The position numbers were made by a program, and so were the translations under genes. From contig CAWFQL010000018.1 of assembly GCA_963817915.1 (NCBI GenBank), forward strand, positions 1 to 64,000: a DNA stretch of 64,000 bases, read 5' to 3'. Numbering within the stretch: the first letter of the stretch is position 1; each line of letters opens with the position of its first letter. The DNA comes from an uncultured candidate division Zixibacteria bacterium (GTDB lineage Bacteria; Zixibacteria; MSB-5A5; UBA10806). Positions 55,109 to 64,000 of this stretch are shown piece after piece. Under the pieces are notes generated by a model that did not search any database, was not told where the DNA came from, and worked only from the letters and a program-made list of their open reading frames with translations.

Positions 55109-57283
55109 ATGCTTGGAGTCATTGAGAACAAATTTGTGATTGGAAGAGATGAGTTTTTCCCGTTTTCTGCGGAGATTCACTACTTCAGGGTGGAAAAACG
55201 TTACTGGTCAATCTGTTTCGAAAGAATTAGGCGCGCCGGATTTCGTATTATTTCAACTTATGTGCCGTGGAATCTTCATGAAGAGCGGCCGGGCAATTTC
55301 GATTTTCGCGGAGTCACCGGTAGCCAGAAGGACCTTATAGTATTTCTCGAGCTCGCTCGCGAATTCGGTTTTAAGGTTATTCTTAAGCCGGGCCCATGGA
55401 TCAAGGCTGAATGGTCAAATGGTGGACTGCCTAAATACTTATTTCAGGATGAGGCCATTGTCGCGCGCGATTTTAAATCCGAATTGGTAATGGCCAAAAA
55501 TGGTCCCGGAATCGTCGAAAACTATCAACCGAGTTATCTCCACCCGAAATATATCGGACACGTCAAAAGATATCTGGGGGGACTGGTTGAGGTTATTCAA
55601 AATTATATCTTCCCCAAAGGTCCGGTCTTCATTATACAATTGGATGAAGAGCTTAGCTTCGGCGGCAACCTGGGCGCGTTTGATGCCGATTACAATAATT
55701 TCATCATTACCGAATATTACTTCCAATTTCTGGAAGAAAAATATAAGGACCCGTCCAAGCTTCCCGCGTGCTATGGCAAGAAGCTCAAGAGCTTCAATGT
55801 TGTCGAGCCGCCGATTGCCATCGACGCCAAAAGCCCCGTTGACATGGTCAGGTATTTCGATTGGATCGAGTTCAAGGGCACCATTCTTTCAAAATATATC
55901 ATCACTATCAGGGAAAGATTGGAAGCCCTTGGTGTTGGATGTCTGTTCTCGCTGAATTTGCCCTGGACCGATGACTTCAGCCTTCCGGCCAATTTAGATA
56001 GTTTCGGACACGATAAAATGGTAATCGGAATGCAAGTTCCCGATTCGGTCGATTATTGCCGCCTCGGAAGAAATCTCCGCTATCTTACCGGCAAGACAGG
56101 TTTCTGCTGGTCGTCCCAATTATATGGCGGAAGACCCACCGAAACATCAGTACCGGTAGCCCACGCTGAAAAACAATCCTGGCAGGTAGGCGCACGTTAT
56201 CACAAGTATCATATGATCTGCTCTCTCGCCGCCGGCTTGAAGGGTATGAATCACTACATGTTTGTTGGACGGGATCACTGGCAGGGCTCACCGCTGGGGC
56301 ATGATGGTACGGTCAATGAAAATTACGAAATAATCCGAAAAAGCAACGCCGCCCTTGAAGCCATAGATATCAATACGGCAAAATCGGTGTCGAAAATCGG
56401 TATCGCCTATTATAGAAATTACCTCGTTCAGCATCATCTCATGCTTCAACAGCAATTTCCCTATGTTGTAGATCTGGTCTCGCAGACACTAAATCCACTT
56501 GGCCAGGACCTCATGAATCTTAAATATGATTACTCTGTGGTCGATATCGAATCGCAGGATTCACTCGCAGAAAAAGACCTCTATTTTATACCTGTCGCCG
56601 AATATATGTCTCAGACCGCGCAAAAGCAGATTCTTGAAGCTGTCAAAAAGGGGAAAAATGTCGTTCTATTCGGATTGATGCCGAAATTCGATGAAAAATT
56701 CGAAAACTGCAAAATCCTTTCCAAAGGCTTGGGGCTGAGCACCAATTACGATTGGGCGCCTGCCAATATTGTATGGGAAAAAGCAAATATCAAATCCATT
56801 CGTTATGGATTCATAGCCTCCACCGGCTCTTCCAAAGTACTGGCCAAATCAGGGACAAAACCCGTAGGCGTCTGCAAAAAGGTTGGTTCGGGTAATGTTT
56901 ATTTATTCACATTCGATGTCTCTCCGAAATTCGACCCCTCAAAATTCGAGCTTCTACGTTCCGTCTTCGAAGCTCTCAAGATCGATTCGCCTGTGTCAAC
57001 CTCCGATCCCCAGGTCGATCTGATTGCCCAGGTTAATGAAAAGGGCATCATTCTCTATCTCATCAATACTGATACGACCTTTGCCACTCCGGATAGCACA
57101 TTCGCCAAGAAGGTGGTACTATCGATTGATATCGCCGAATTGGGAGTTAAGATGGCCAAAGTAAAGATGATCGATATTCTCGACGAGCAGACTTTCACCT
57201 TTACTGCCAAAGAACTCAAAGAAGGAATCGTATTCCCTGTTCGTTTCCACGAAGCCAGGATATTCTTTATTCCGAAAAAATAG
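55109..57283 (+). CDS. GH35/GH42-like beta-galactosidase family protein
   Basis: EIHYFRV, TYVPWNLHE, KPGPWIKAEW.NGGLP; no signal peptide. Confidence 0.8.
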   Translation: MLGVIENKFVIGRDEFFPFSAEIHYFRVEKRYWSICFERIRRAGFRIISTYVPWNLHEERPGNFDFRGVTGSQKDLIVFLELAREFGFKVILKPGPWIKAEWSNGGLPKYLFQDEAIVARDFKSELVMAKNGPGIVENYQPSYLHPKYIGHVKRYLGGLVEVIQNYIFPKGPVFIIQLDEELSFGGNLGAFDADYNNFIITEYYFQFLEEKYKDPSKLPACYGKKLKSFNVVEPPIAIDAKSPVDMVRYFDWIEFKGTILSKYIITIRERLEALGVGCLFSLNLPWTDDFSLPANLDSFGHDKMVIGMQVPDSVDYCRLGRNLRYLTGKTGFCWSSQLYGGRPTETSVPVAHAEKQSWQVGARYHKYHMICSLAAGLKGMNHYMFVGRDHWQGSPLGHDGTVNENYEIIRKSNAALEAIDINTAKSVSKIGIAYYRNYLVQHHLMLQQQFPYVVDLVSQTLNPLGQDLMNLKYDYSVVDIESQDSLAEKDLYFIPVAEYMSQTAQKQILEAVKKGKNVVLFGLMPKFDEKFENCKILSKGLGLSTNYDWAPANIVWEKANIKSIRYGFIASTGSSKVLAKSGTKPVGVCKKVGSGNVYLFTFDVSPKFDPSKFELLRSVFEALKIDSPVSTSDPQVDLIAQVNEKGIILYLINTDTTFATPDSTFAKKVVLSIDIAELGVKMAKVKMIDILDEQTFTFTAKELKEGIVFPVRFHEARIFFIPKK

Positions 57284-57303
57284 TTTCCAAAGATATTGAA
57301 AAT

Positions 57304-57336
57304 AAAAAAAGGCGGCCATCTATTAGCCGCCTTTTT
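57304..57336. terminator. bidirectional terminator
   Basis: A7-GGCGGC...GCCGCC-T5 between convergent genes. Confidence 0.8.
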
Positions 57337-57355
57337 GATATATATTAAATCTATC

Positions 57356-59626
57356 TTAGCATTTCGAGTATCCGCAGTCGGGGCAGTAAATACATCCTGA
57401 TTCGGTATTCAGCTTATTTCCGCAATCGGGGCAGATCAACGCTGATAGATCTGTTTGCGCCTTGAGCGTCTTGCCGTTGCCGAAATGCTTATGCAACGTC
57501 TTCGCGATAGCATCGGGCACCGAACGAACCAAGCCACCTGATCCGAAGACCGGCGTATCGCCGCCGATTCCTCGCAATTGCTCTATAATCTCCTCGACTG
57601 ATACTCCTGTTCTCAACGCCAGCGAAATCAGCCTGCAAACAGCCTCGGTATCGGCCATTGTGTCATGGCCCGATTTACCAATCTGGGCGAATACCTCGAA
57701 TGGTTTGCCGTTGAGCGTATTTATAGTGACATAAAGATTGCCGAATCCGGTCTTGATCTTGTTGGTGATTCCCTGCAATGTCTCCGGGCGATCCCTTACC
57801 TCGCCTTTCCCGTCCTCTAATTCCTTCTTATCGCTTTTCTTGGTGGAAAGAACCTGATAAGCCCTTGAGCCGTCGCGATAAATAGTCACGCCTTTGCAAC
57901 CCGAATTATAGGCAAGCTCGTATGCGGTCTTGACATCATCGGCGGTCGCGGAGTTGGGTAGATTTATTGTTTTTGATACAGCGTTTTCGGTATGCTTCTG
58001 GAATGCAGCCTGCATCCTGACATGCCATTCAGGTGAGATATCGTGAGCAGTCACGAACACTTGCTTGATTGCTTCAGGGATTTCTTCGAATTCGGAGATC
58101 GAATTCTTTTCAGCAATCCGCTCCATAAGACGATCCGAATATATCCCCATCTCCTTGGCGCGAGATTCAAACAACGGGTTTACTTCGACAAGTCGTGTAT
58201 TATCCATGACATTGCGAATATAGCTGATCGCGAAGATCGGTTCTATTCCCGACGAACATCCAGCTATAATCGAAATAGTTCCGGTTGGCGCGATTGTCGT
58301 TACTGTCGAATTTCTCCGCGAATGACCCGATCCAAGCTTTTCATTATAGAATGACGATTTTTTCCAGTTTGGAAATTCTCCGCGCTTTTTGGCGAGCTCA
58401 TTACTGGCGGCATCCGCGGCGCCCTGAATAAAGCTCATCACTTGCTCCGATAACTTCAGCGCCTCTTCAGAATTGTATGGCACATCGAGCATGATAAGCA
58501 AATCCGCCCAGCCCATAACTCCGAGTCCGATTCGGCGATTATTCTTGGTGGATTTGTCTATTTCCGGAAGTGGATAGCGATTTTCCTCTATGACATTATC
58601 GAGGAAATGAATTGCCTGCTCTACAAGCTCTTTCAATTTATCCCAGTCGATTTCGTTGCGAAACATTTTGGAGGTATCCGATGAATCGACAACTGCCTTC
58701 ACGACCTTGGATAAATTAATCGATCCTAAATTGCAGCTTTCATAGGGGAGAAGCGGCTGTTCGCCGCAGGGATTAGTAGCTTCGACCAACCCGACTGCAT
58801 TGGTTTTTTCTTTGGAATTGATTCTGTCGATAAATATTACACCCGGCTCGCCGGTTCTGTGAGCGTGATCTATAATTGCCTGGAACACTTCGTTGGCATC
58901 GAGACTCAACGGCTTATTGTCTCTGATAAAATGCTGGCCGTCTTTCGGATTCAGCAGGGGATAGGTCGTATGATTTTTTACTGCCCGCATGAATTCATCT
59001 GTGATCGCCACGGAAATATTGAAATTCGTCAGTTCATTCAAATCATCTTTGCATTTGATAAAATCCAATATATCAGGATGATCCACCCGTAGTATGCCCA
59101 TGTTGGCGCCGCGCCGCGTGCCGCCCTGCTTAACAGCCTCGGTTGCCGCGTTAATTACCTTCATGAAACTCACAGGCCCCGATGCTACTCCCGAGGTCGA
59201 GGCTACCATCGAATTCTTGGGCCTTAGACGAGAAAACGAAAATCCGGTGCCACCGCCCGATTTATGAATCAATGCGGTATGTTTAACAGTATCGAAAATT
59301 GAATCCATGGAATCTTCGATTGGCAATACGAAGCACGCCGAAAGCTGTCCCAATTTTCTGCCGGCATTCATGAGAGTAGGAGAATTAGGCAAAAATTCCA
59401 GGCGGGCCATCATACGATAAAAATCCGAAGTCGCCTTTTCGACATCCTCAGCGGTGGCTCCGAATTTTAAATCGGCATCCGCGATTGTCCGTGCTACTCG
59501 TAAGAATAGCTCGCCTGGAGTTTCAACTACTTGCCCGAGATCGTTCTTGATCAGGTAACGCCTTTTTAAGACGGCAAGTGAATTTGCTGTCAATTGTGGC
59601 GTCATCTCTGTCTGTTGTTTTTGCAC
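57356..59626 (-). CDS. nrdJ: class II (B12-dependent) ribonucleotide reductase
   Basis: [40 protein letters not shown]-terminal CPDC..C..C. Confidence 0.92.
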   Translation of the reverse strand: MQKQQTEMTPQLTANSLAVLKRRYLIKNDLGQVVETPGELFLRVARTIADADLKFGATAEDVEKATSDFYRMMARLEFLPNSPTLMNAGRKLGQLSACFVLPIEDSMDSIFDTVKHTALIHKSGGGTGFSFSRLRPKNSMVASTSGVASGPVSFMKVINAATEAVKQGGTRRGANMGILRVDHPDILDFIKCKDDLNELTNFNISVAITDEFMRAVKNHTTYPLLNPKDGQHFIRDNKPLSLDANEVFQAIIDHAHRTGEPGVIFIDRINSKEKTNAVGLVEATNPCGEQPLLPYESCNLGSINLSKVVKAVVDSSDTSKMFRNEIDWDKLKELVEQAIHFLDNVIEENRYPLPEIDKSTKNNRRIGLGVMGWADLLIMLDVPYNSEEALKLSEQVMSFIQGAADAASNELAKKRGEFPNWKKSSFYNEKLGSGHSRRNSTVTTIAPTGTISIIAGCSSGIEPIFAISYIRNVMDNTRLVEVNPLFESRAKEMGIYSDRLMERIAEKNSISEFEEIPEAIKQVFVTAHDISPEWHVRMQAAFQKHTENAVSKTINLPNSATADDVKTAYELAYNSGCKGVTIYRDGSRAYQVLSTKKSDKKELEDGKGEVRDRPETLQGITNKIKTGFGNLYVTINTLNGKPFEVFAQIGKSGHDTMADTEAVCRLISLALRTGVSVEEIIEQLRGIGGDTPVFGSGGLVRSVPDAIAKTLHKHFGNGKTLKAQTDLSALICPDCGNKLNTESGCIYCPDCGYSKC

Positions 59627-59662
59627 CTGGCCGCCCTCCTGCTAATGGAAACTACATAGCCT

Positions 59663-60424
59663 CTATGTATAAAATTCATAAGTTGCCGATTTTGTTTCTT
59701 CATCTATCTTGAAGTCTCCGAATACGATAGGAGCTTCCTTCTTCATCGTTTTCAGCATTTCCAACGCTATTGATCTTATCTCCCAATGAGCCCTCGGGTG
59801 AGTGCGAAGGCAGAAAAAATGCCTCAATTCGCGGAAGTTCGCCGTGATTACTATTTCCGATACGGTCGCGTTTGGCAGTAAGTATCTGGCATCCTCGGGC
59901 GGCACTCCGGCATCAAGCAGTTTTTCATATAGCTCGTAACTCACCAAAATCGCCTTTTCGTATAGCTTTACAAAATCCTCTTTTTTGTCTGGATATGAAG
60001 CGTTAACTATTGTCTCAGGAATTACGACCTGAAAATCAGTGGTTTTCTTTCTGTCTTTTTTATCCGCATAGCAGACATAGCGCTGGCTTTCCTGCGATGG
60101 CGAGATAAGCCTATGGCGCACAAGCTCATGCGTGAATACCCTCGATGCCCCTTTTATCCTGAAGGTAGCCGAGGCATGTTCCATCACCGAATGATGCCCT
60201 TTATTTAATATCTTTTCGATAAGTTCTTTGGTCGATGTTGGTGGATCATAACGATGGAATGAAAGATAGCAGGTTCTGCACGCCTTCTCAATAATATCTT
60301 CTCCATTGGGAGTGATTGACATAAGCTCAATACTGCTTTGGGCAAAATATGGACTCAGTCGGTCTCCGCGGAAAGTCTTGTTCGAACTATTTAACAACAA
60401 ATCAATAACCTCTCCCCCCGGCAT
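59663..60424 (-). CDS. thyX: FAD-dependent thymidylate synthase
   Basis: GHHSVMEH, RHRLISPSQESQRY, EDARYLLP, AHWEIR; true start may lie slightly downstream. Confidence 0.92.
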   Translation of the reverse strand: MPGGEVIDLLLNSSNKTFRGDRLSPYFAQSSIELMSITPNGEDIIEKACRTCYLSFHRYDPPTSTKELIEKILNKGHHSVMEHASATFRIKGASRVFTHELVRHRLISPSQESQRYVCYADKKDRKKTTDFQVVIPETIVNASYPDKKEDFVKLYEKAILVSYELYEKLLDAGVPPEDARYLLPNATVSEIVITANFRELRHFFCLRTHPRAHWEIRSIALEMLKTMKKEAPIVFGDFKIDEETKSATYEFYT

Positions 60425-60496
60425 TGCTTTTTTATGTAAAAACTACCACAAAATACTTCTAACTTCTCAACCATTTATCTTCAAATGGCGAGGAGC

Positions 60497-60525
60497 ATTG
60501 TAGCGACCAGCCAAAATACTGTCAA
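60497..60525 (-). promoter_or_regulatory. sigma70-type promoter of thyX-nrdJ
   Basis: Minus strand TTGACA-17-TACAAT. Confidence 0.7.
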
Positions 60526-60553
60526 GAAAAAATTGTTATTTTTTTTCGATTTA

Positions 60554-60601
60554 ACACAACATGTTGTGTATCAACATACTTCAAAATACCATATATCGTG
60601 T
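60554..60601. promoter_or_regulatory. tandem NrdR boxes
   Basis: ACACAACATGTTGTGT (60554-60569) and ATACCATATATCGTGT (60586-60601), 32 bp apart, upstream of thyX-nrdJ. Confidence 0.75.
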
Positions 60602-60687
60602 CTGGCCTATTTTTTTGTGTCATATTCAGGCTTGACTTTTTGCCGATTTTTGTTAAATTATTGTTAATTAACAAGAAAGGAGCTTTA

Positions 60688-63151
60688 ATGTTTAGAAAGC
60701 TTTTAATAGTAATAATAATGATAGCAAGCTTCACCACGATCGCTATCGCTTCTGATAACTATATTATCGTTGTAGAAAACCCCCAAAGCGGAGCTCCGGC
60801 TGATTTAAATAGCTATCCGGGAGGGGTATGGGGAAAGACAATTGACAAAATTTATCTGGCCGGCGATGACAACGATATAGCTTGGCTCGATGATCATTAC
60901 ATTCAGTATAAAAAAATTCCATTCGATGGGGAATGCTCCAATCTTTATCTGATTCAATCAGACGGTCGGGGGTCTTTGATGAATTCCAATATTCTTGATT
61001 CCGGCCCCGGATACATTTTAAGCCTTGATAAGCCCATCGGAAATCATGAATATCAAATTCTCACTCAGCGAAGACTGCCATTAGGAAATCGCGATTTTCA
61101 GCCCGAAATGATCCTGACATACAATAATGCCGTGGCAAACATGATCGGCCAGGTCAATCAGGACACTATCATTAATGGTCTTTCGAGATTGTCGGGCGCT
61201 TCTCCGATCATGTTTAATGGCCATCAGGATACGATCAAAACCAGATTCTCAGGCACCGATGATAATTCCATGGCCGCGGAATATATTTCCCAGATTTTAA
61301 ATTCGTATGGATACGATGTCGAATACGATGGTTTCTTCTCGGGAAATTTACGGCACGTCGCCGCATATAATAATAATTTCGCCTGGGCCGTCGCGGAAAA
61401 TTCTACGGCATACAGAACTACCAATGGCGGCAATACCTGGAATATCATGGCCGATAATTCGGCTTATTCTCTATGGGGTGTTTCCAATATTGGCCCGGAT
61501 TCGATATGGATTACCGGCGATATCGGGACGATCAGATTTTCATCCGATGGCGGATTAAATTTCGCGACACAAAATGCTAATACGCAGGAATTTCCTATTC
61601 GGATCGAGTTTCATAAATTCATCCGAAGGCTGGGTGGCCTGCGATAACGGCCATGTTCTGTATACTACTAATTCCGGACTAAACTGGACTCAGCAAACTA
61701 CTCCGGTCGGCTCCCGATTTTACGATATCAAATTTGTCGATTCCCAATATGGTTGGGCTGTCGGTAGGGACGGTTCGATAGTCAGTACCACAAATGGAGG
61801 CGCTAATTGGGTTCGGCAGACATCCAACACTATTGAACGATTATATGGCGTCGATTTCACTGATCGCAATAACGGCTGGGTGGTTGGATGGAATGGTGTC
61901 GTGTTGCATACCACCAATGGCGGCGCCAACTGGCAAAATGTATCTCTTGGAACTGCGGTCGAAAAATACCAGGTCAATTTCAGCGATGCTTCACACGGCT
62001 GCATAGTCGGCTGGAACGGCGAAGTATTTATAACATCGAATGCGGGCGGCAACTGGACACAAATCCAGGCGGGAACTCTCAAGAATTTCTACGGCGTTGA
62101 TTTTGCCAGTACCCAAATCGGGTACGCTGTTGGCGATGGCGCAATATATAAGACCGCCGATGGTGGCACAACCTGGATCAGCCAGAATGCAGGCGTAGAG
62201 GGGGCGTGGCGCAATGTCATCGCGACAAAACCGGGGACGGTCAATCCTAATCATCAGGTTATTGTCTGTGGTCACTTCGATAACACATCCCAGCAGCCGC
62301 AAATTACCGCTACTGGTGCCGATGATAACGGCTCGGGGACAATAGGCGTAATTGAAGCGGCCAGAATTTTCGCGAATAGGCATTTTGAAAAGACTATCAA
62401 ATTCTGCCTTTGGACAGGCGAGGAGCAGGGGTTGCTTGGTTCGGCTTCATACGCAGAAGCGGCCAGTTTCAGGGGCGATAGCATAGACGGTGTTTTTAAC
62501 TACGATATGATTTCATATGATGGTAACGCCGACAATCATGGCGAGCTGCATTGCGGCACGCAGGCGGCGTCTATTGCTCTCGGTAATCTTACACAAACCG
62601 TCATCGAGGATTATACCATTGATTTGAATACCACTATCCTTACCTGGAATGCCACAAATCGTTCTGACCATGCGTCCTTCTGGAATTACAATTATCCCGC
62701 AATGCTCAGCATTGAGGATTTCTCCAGCGATTTCAATCCATTCTATCATACTACCGGTGATAACATGAGTATCATTGTGCCGACATACTTTACGAGTTAT
62801 GTCAAAACATTGGTTGGCGGCTCAGCGTCGCTCGCTATTCCCGATACAATTAATACCGGTATCGATAATAACGAAATATTGCCTGAAAATATCGCGCTAA
62901 TCCAGAGCTATCCCAACCCATTCAATCCATCTGCCACTATATCTTTCACACTTAAGGCGCCATCAGATATGGATCTTTCAATATTTGATATTCTCGGACG
63001 TAAGGTTGCGACAGTGTATAGTGGCCGTGCCGAAGCGGGCACTCATAATATCACCTGGAATGCCGGAGATAATTCATCCGGCATCTATTTGTATCGTCTG
63101 TCGTCGAAAGACGGCCTTAATGCCTCCGGCCGAATGACATTGTTGAAATGA
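60688..63151 (+). CDS. M28 family peptidase with inserted YCF48/BNR-like propeller and sorting CTD (frameshift at ~61587)
   Basis: AAGGAG RBS; NVIA, GHFD, GADDNGSG, GEEQGLLGS, DMI, SDH, YH; TTNGG..W repeats; SYPNPFN...MTLLK. Confidence 0.85.
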
Positions 63152-63172
63152 TCATGAATATTAAAATGCTCT

Positions 63173-63196
63173 GTAGGGGCGAGGTTACCTCGCCCT
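63173..63196 (+). repeat. REP-like palindrome
   Basis: GTAG followed by GGGCGAGG-tta-CCTCGCCC. Confidence 0.5.
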
Positions 63197-63368
63197 GATC
63201 GCGCCTTCAGAAACCCTTCCTGACGGCATTTTTTTTGGCGCTGGCTTTTATCATATTATCGGGTCGCCTGATCCGACACAAAAAGAATCGCCAAATGAGG
63301 GCACTCTGTTTCATTTTTAATAGTTTTTCTAAGCATAAAAGAAATGCTGATTGATTAAAAGGAGCAAT

Positions 63369-64000
63369 ATGAAAACCAAAACTATCGTAATCACAGGGGC
63401 CAGCGGCGGTATCGGAGCCGAATTGGCCAGACAACTTGGAGCTCAAGGTCATAACATTATCCTGGCCGCCCGCAGGGAAATTGAACTAACCAATGTTGCC
63501 AATCAGATCGGCAAGAACGCCATTACAGTCATCGCCGATGTCAGACAGCGCTCAAATGTCGATAATATTAAATCCAAAGCCCTACAAAAATTCCCGGCGA
63601 TCGATGTCTGGGTAAATAATGCGGGCAGGGGCATTCGCAAAAATGTCCTCGATCTCACCGATGATGATATCGACGAAATCATCGCAGTCAATATCAAATC
63701 TGCCATCTACGGCATGCAAGCCATTATTCCATATTTCATGCAAAGGGGAGAAGGCCATCTTCTCAATATCTCGTCCTTTCTCGGCAAAGTCCCCATTGTA
63801 CCATTCCGCTCGATCTATAGCGCCGCCAAAGCAGCCCTAAATTCATTAACATCGAACCTCCGGATGGACCTGGGTGATCGATATCCGAATATCCATGTAA
63901 CTACAGTCATGCCGGGCGGAGTCGCTACCGATTTTTCGAAAAATGCTCTGGGTGGCCCGCCGCCAACTCCACCTCCAGCCGGCGCTATGAGGGCCCAAAC
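63369..64000 (+). CDS. SDR family oxidoreductase (partial, runs off the window)
   Basis: Manual translation: MKTKTIVITGASGGIG...NNAG...ISS...YSAAK; AAGGAG RBS. Confidence 0.9.
   Translation, partial: MKTKTIVITGASGGIGAELARQLGAQGHNIILAARREIELTNVANQIGKNAITVIADVRQRSNVDNIKSKALQKFPAIDVWVNNAGRGIRKNVLDLTDDDIDEIIAVNIKSAIYGMQAIIPYFMQRGEGHLLNISSFLGKVPIVPFRSIYSAAKAALNSLTSNLRMDLGDRYPNIHVTTVMPGGVATDFSKNALGGPPPTPPPAGAMRAQ

Noticed and set aside
20409..61588. Nine frameshifts (~20410, 26014, 34640, 38030, 38111, 39615, 41698, 53020, 61587) as programmed frameshifting, phase variation or pseudogenes
   Set aside because: All are single-base indels, most in 2-3 nt runs, spread over unrelated genes with otherwise intact frames and no slippery heptamers. 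Sequencing or assembly error is the simplest explanation; read polishing would settle it.
63207..63840. Short ORFs at the right end
   Set aside because: Explained as shadows of, or overlaps with, the SDR gene starting at 63369

Overview
Bacterial genomic window, probably from an FCB-related lineage such as Zixibacteria (inferred from gene content only). Housekeeping genes flank it: PAP2, PfkB, yigZ, dprA, an M23 peptidase and an AmmeMemo fusion on the left; a GH35-like protein, nrdJ, thyX with tandem NrdR boxes and an SDR on the right. The core is a ~30 kb co-oriented cluster (25005-54855) plus a satellite pair (8220-12179) of secreted modular proteins built from cohesin-like, dockerin, cadherin/Ig-like and C-terminal YPNPFN...LLK sorting (T9SS-CTD/FlgD-like) domains. 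It includes a ~4,500 aa tandem-Ig protein, a subtilisin and a Cys-rich protein, each ending in a near-identical dockerin, and has no cellulases. This suggests a non-cellulosomal cohesin-dockerin surface assembly with two dockerin classes. Just upstream are a GAF histidine kinase, a Ser/Thr kinase-TPR protein, a convergent unannotated 25-aa peptide gene with a strong RBS and its own terminator, and a long, apparently structured leader. Nine single-base frameshifts, most in short base runs, look like sequencing errors. Domain calls come from reading motifs by eye; no searches were run.
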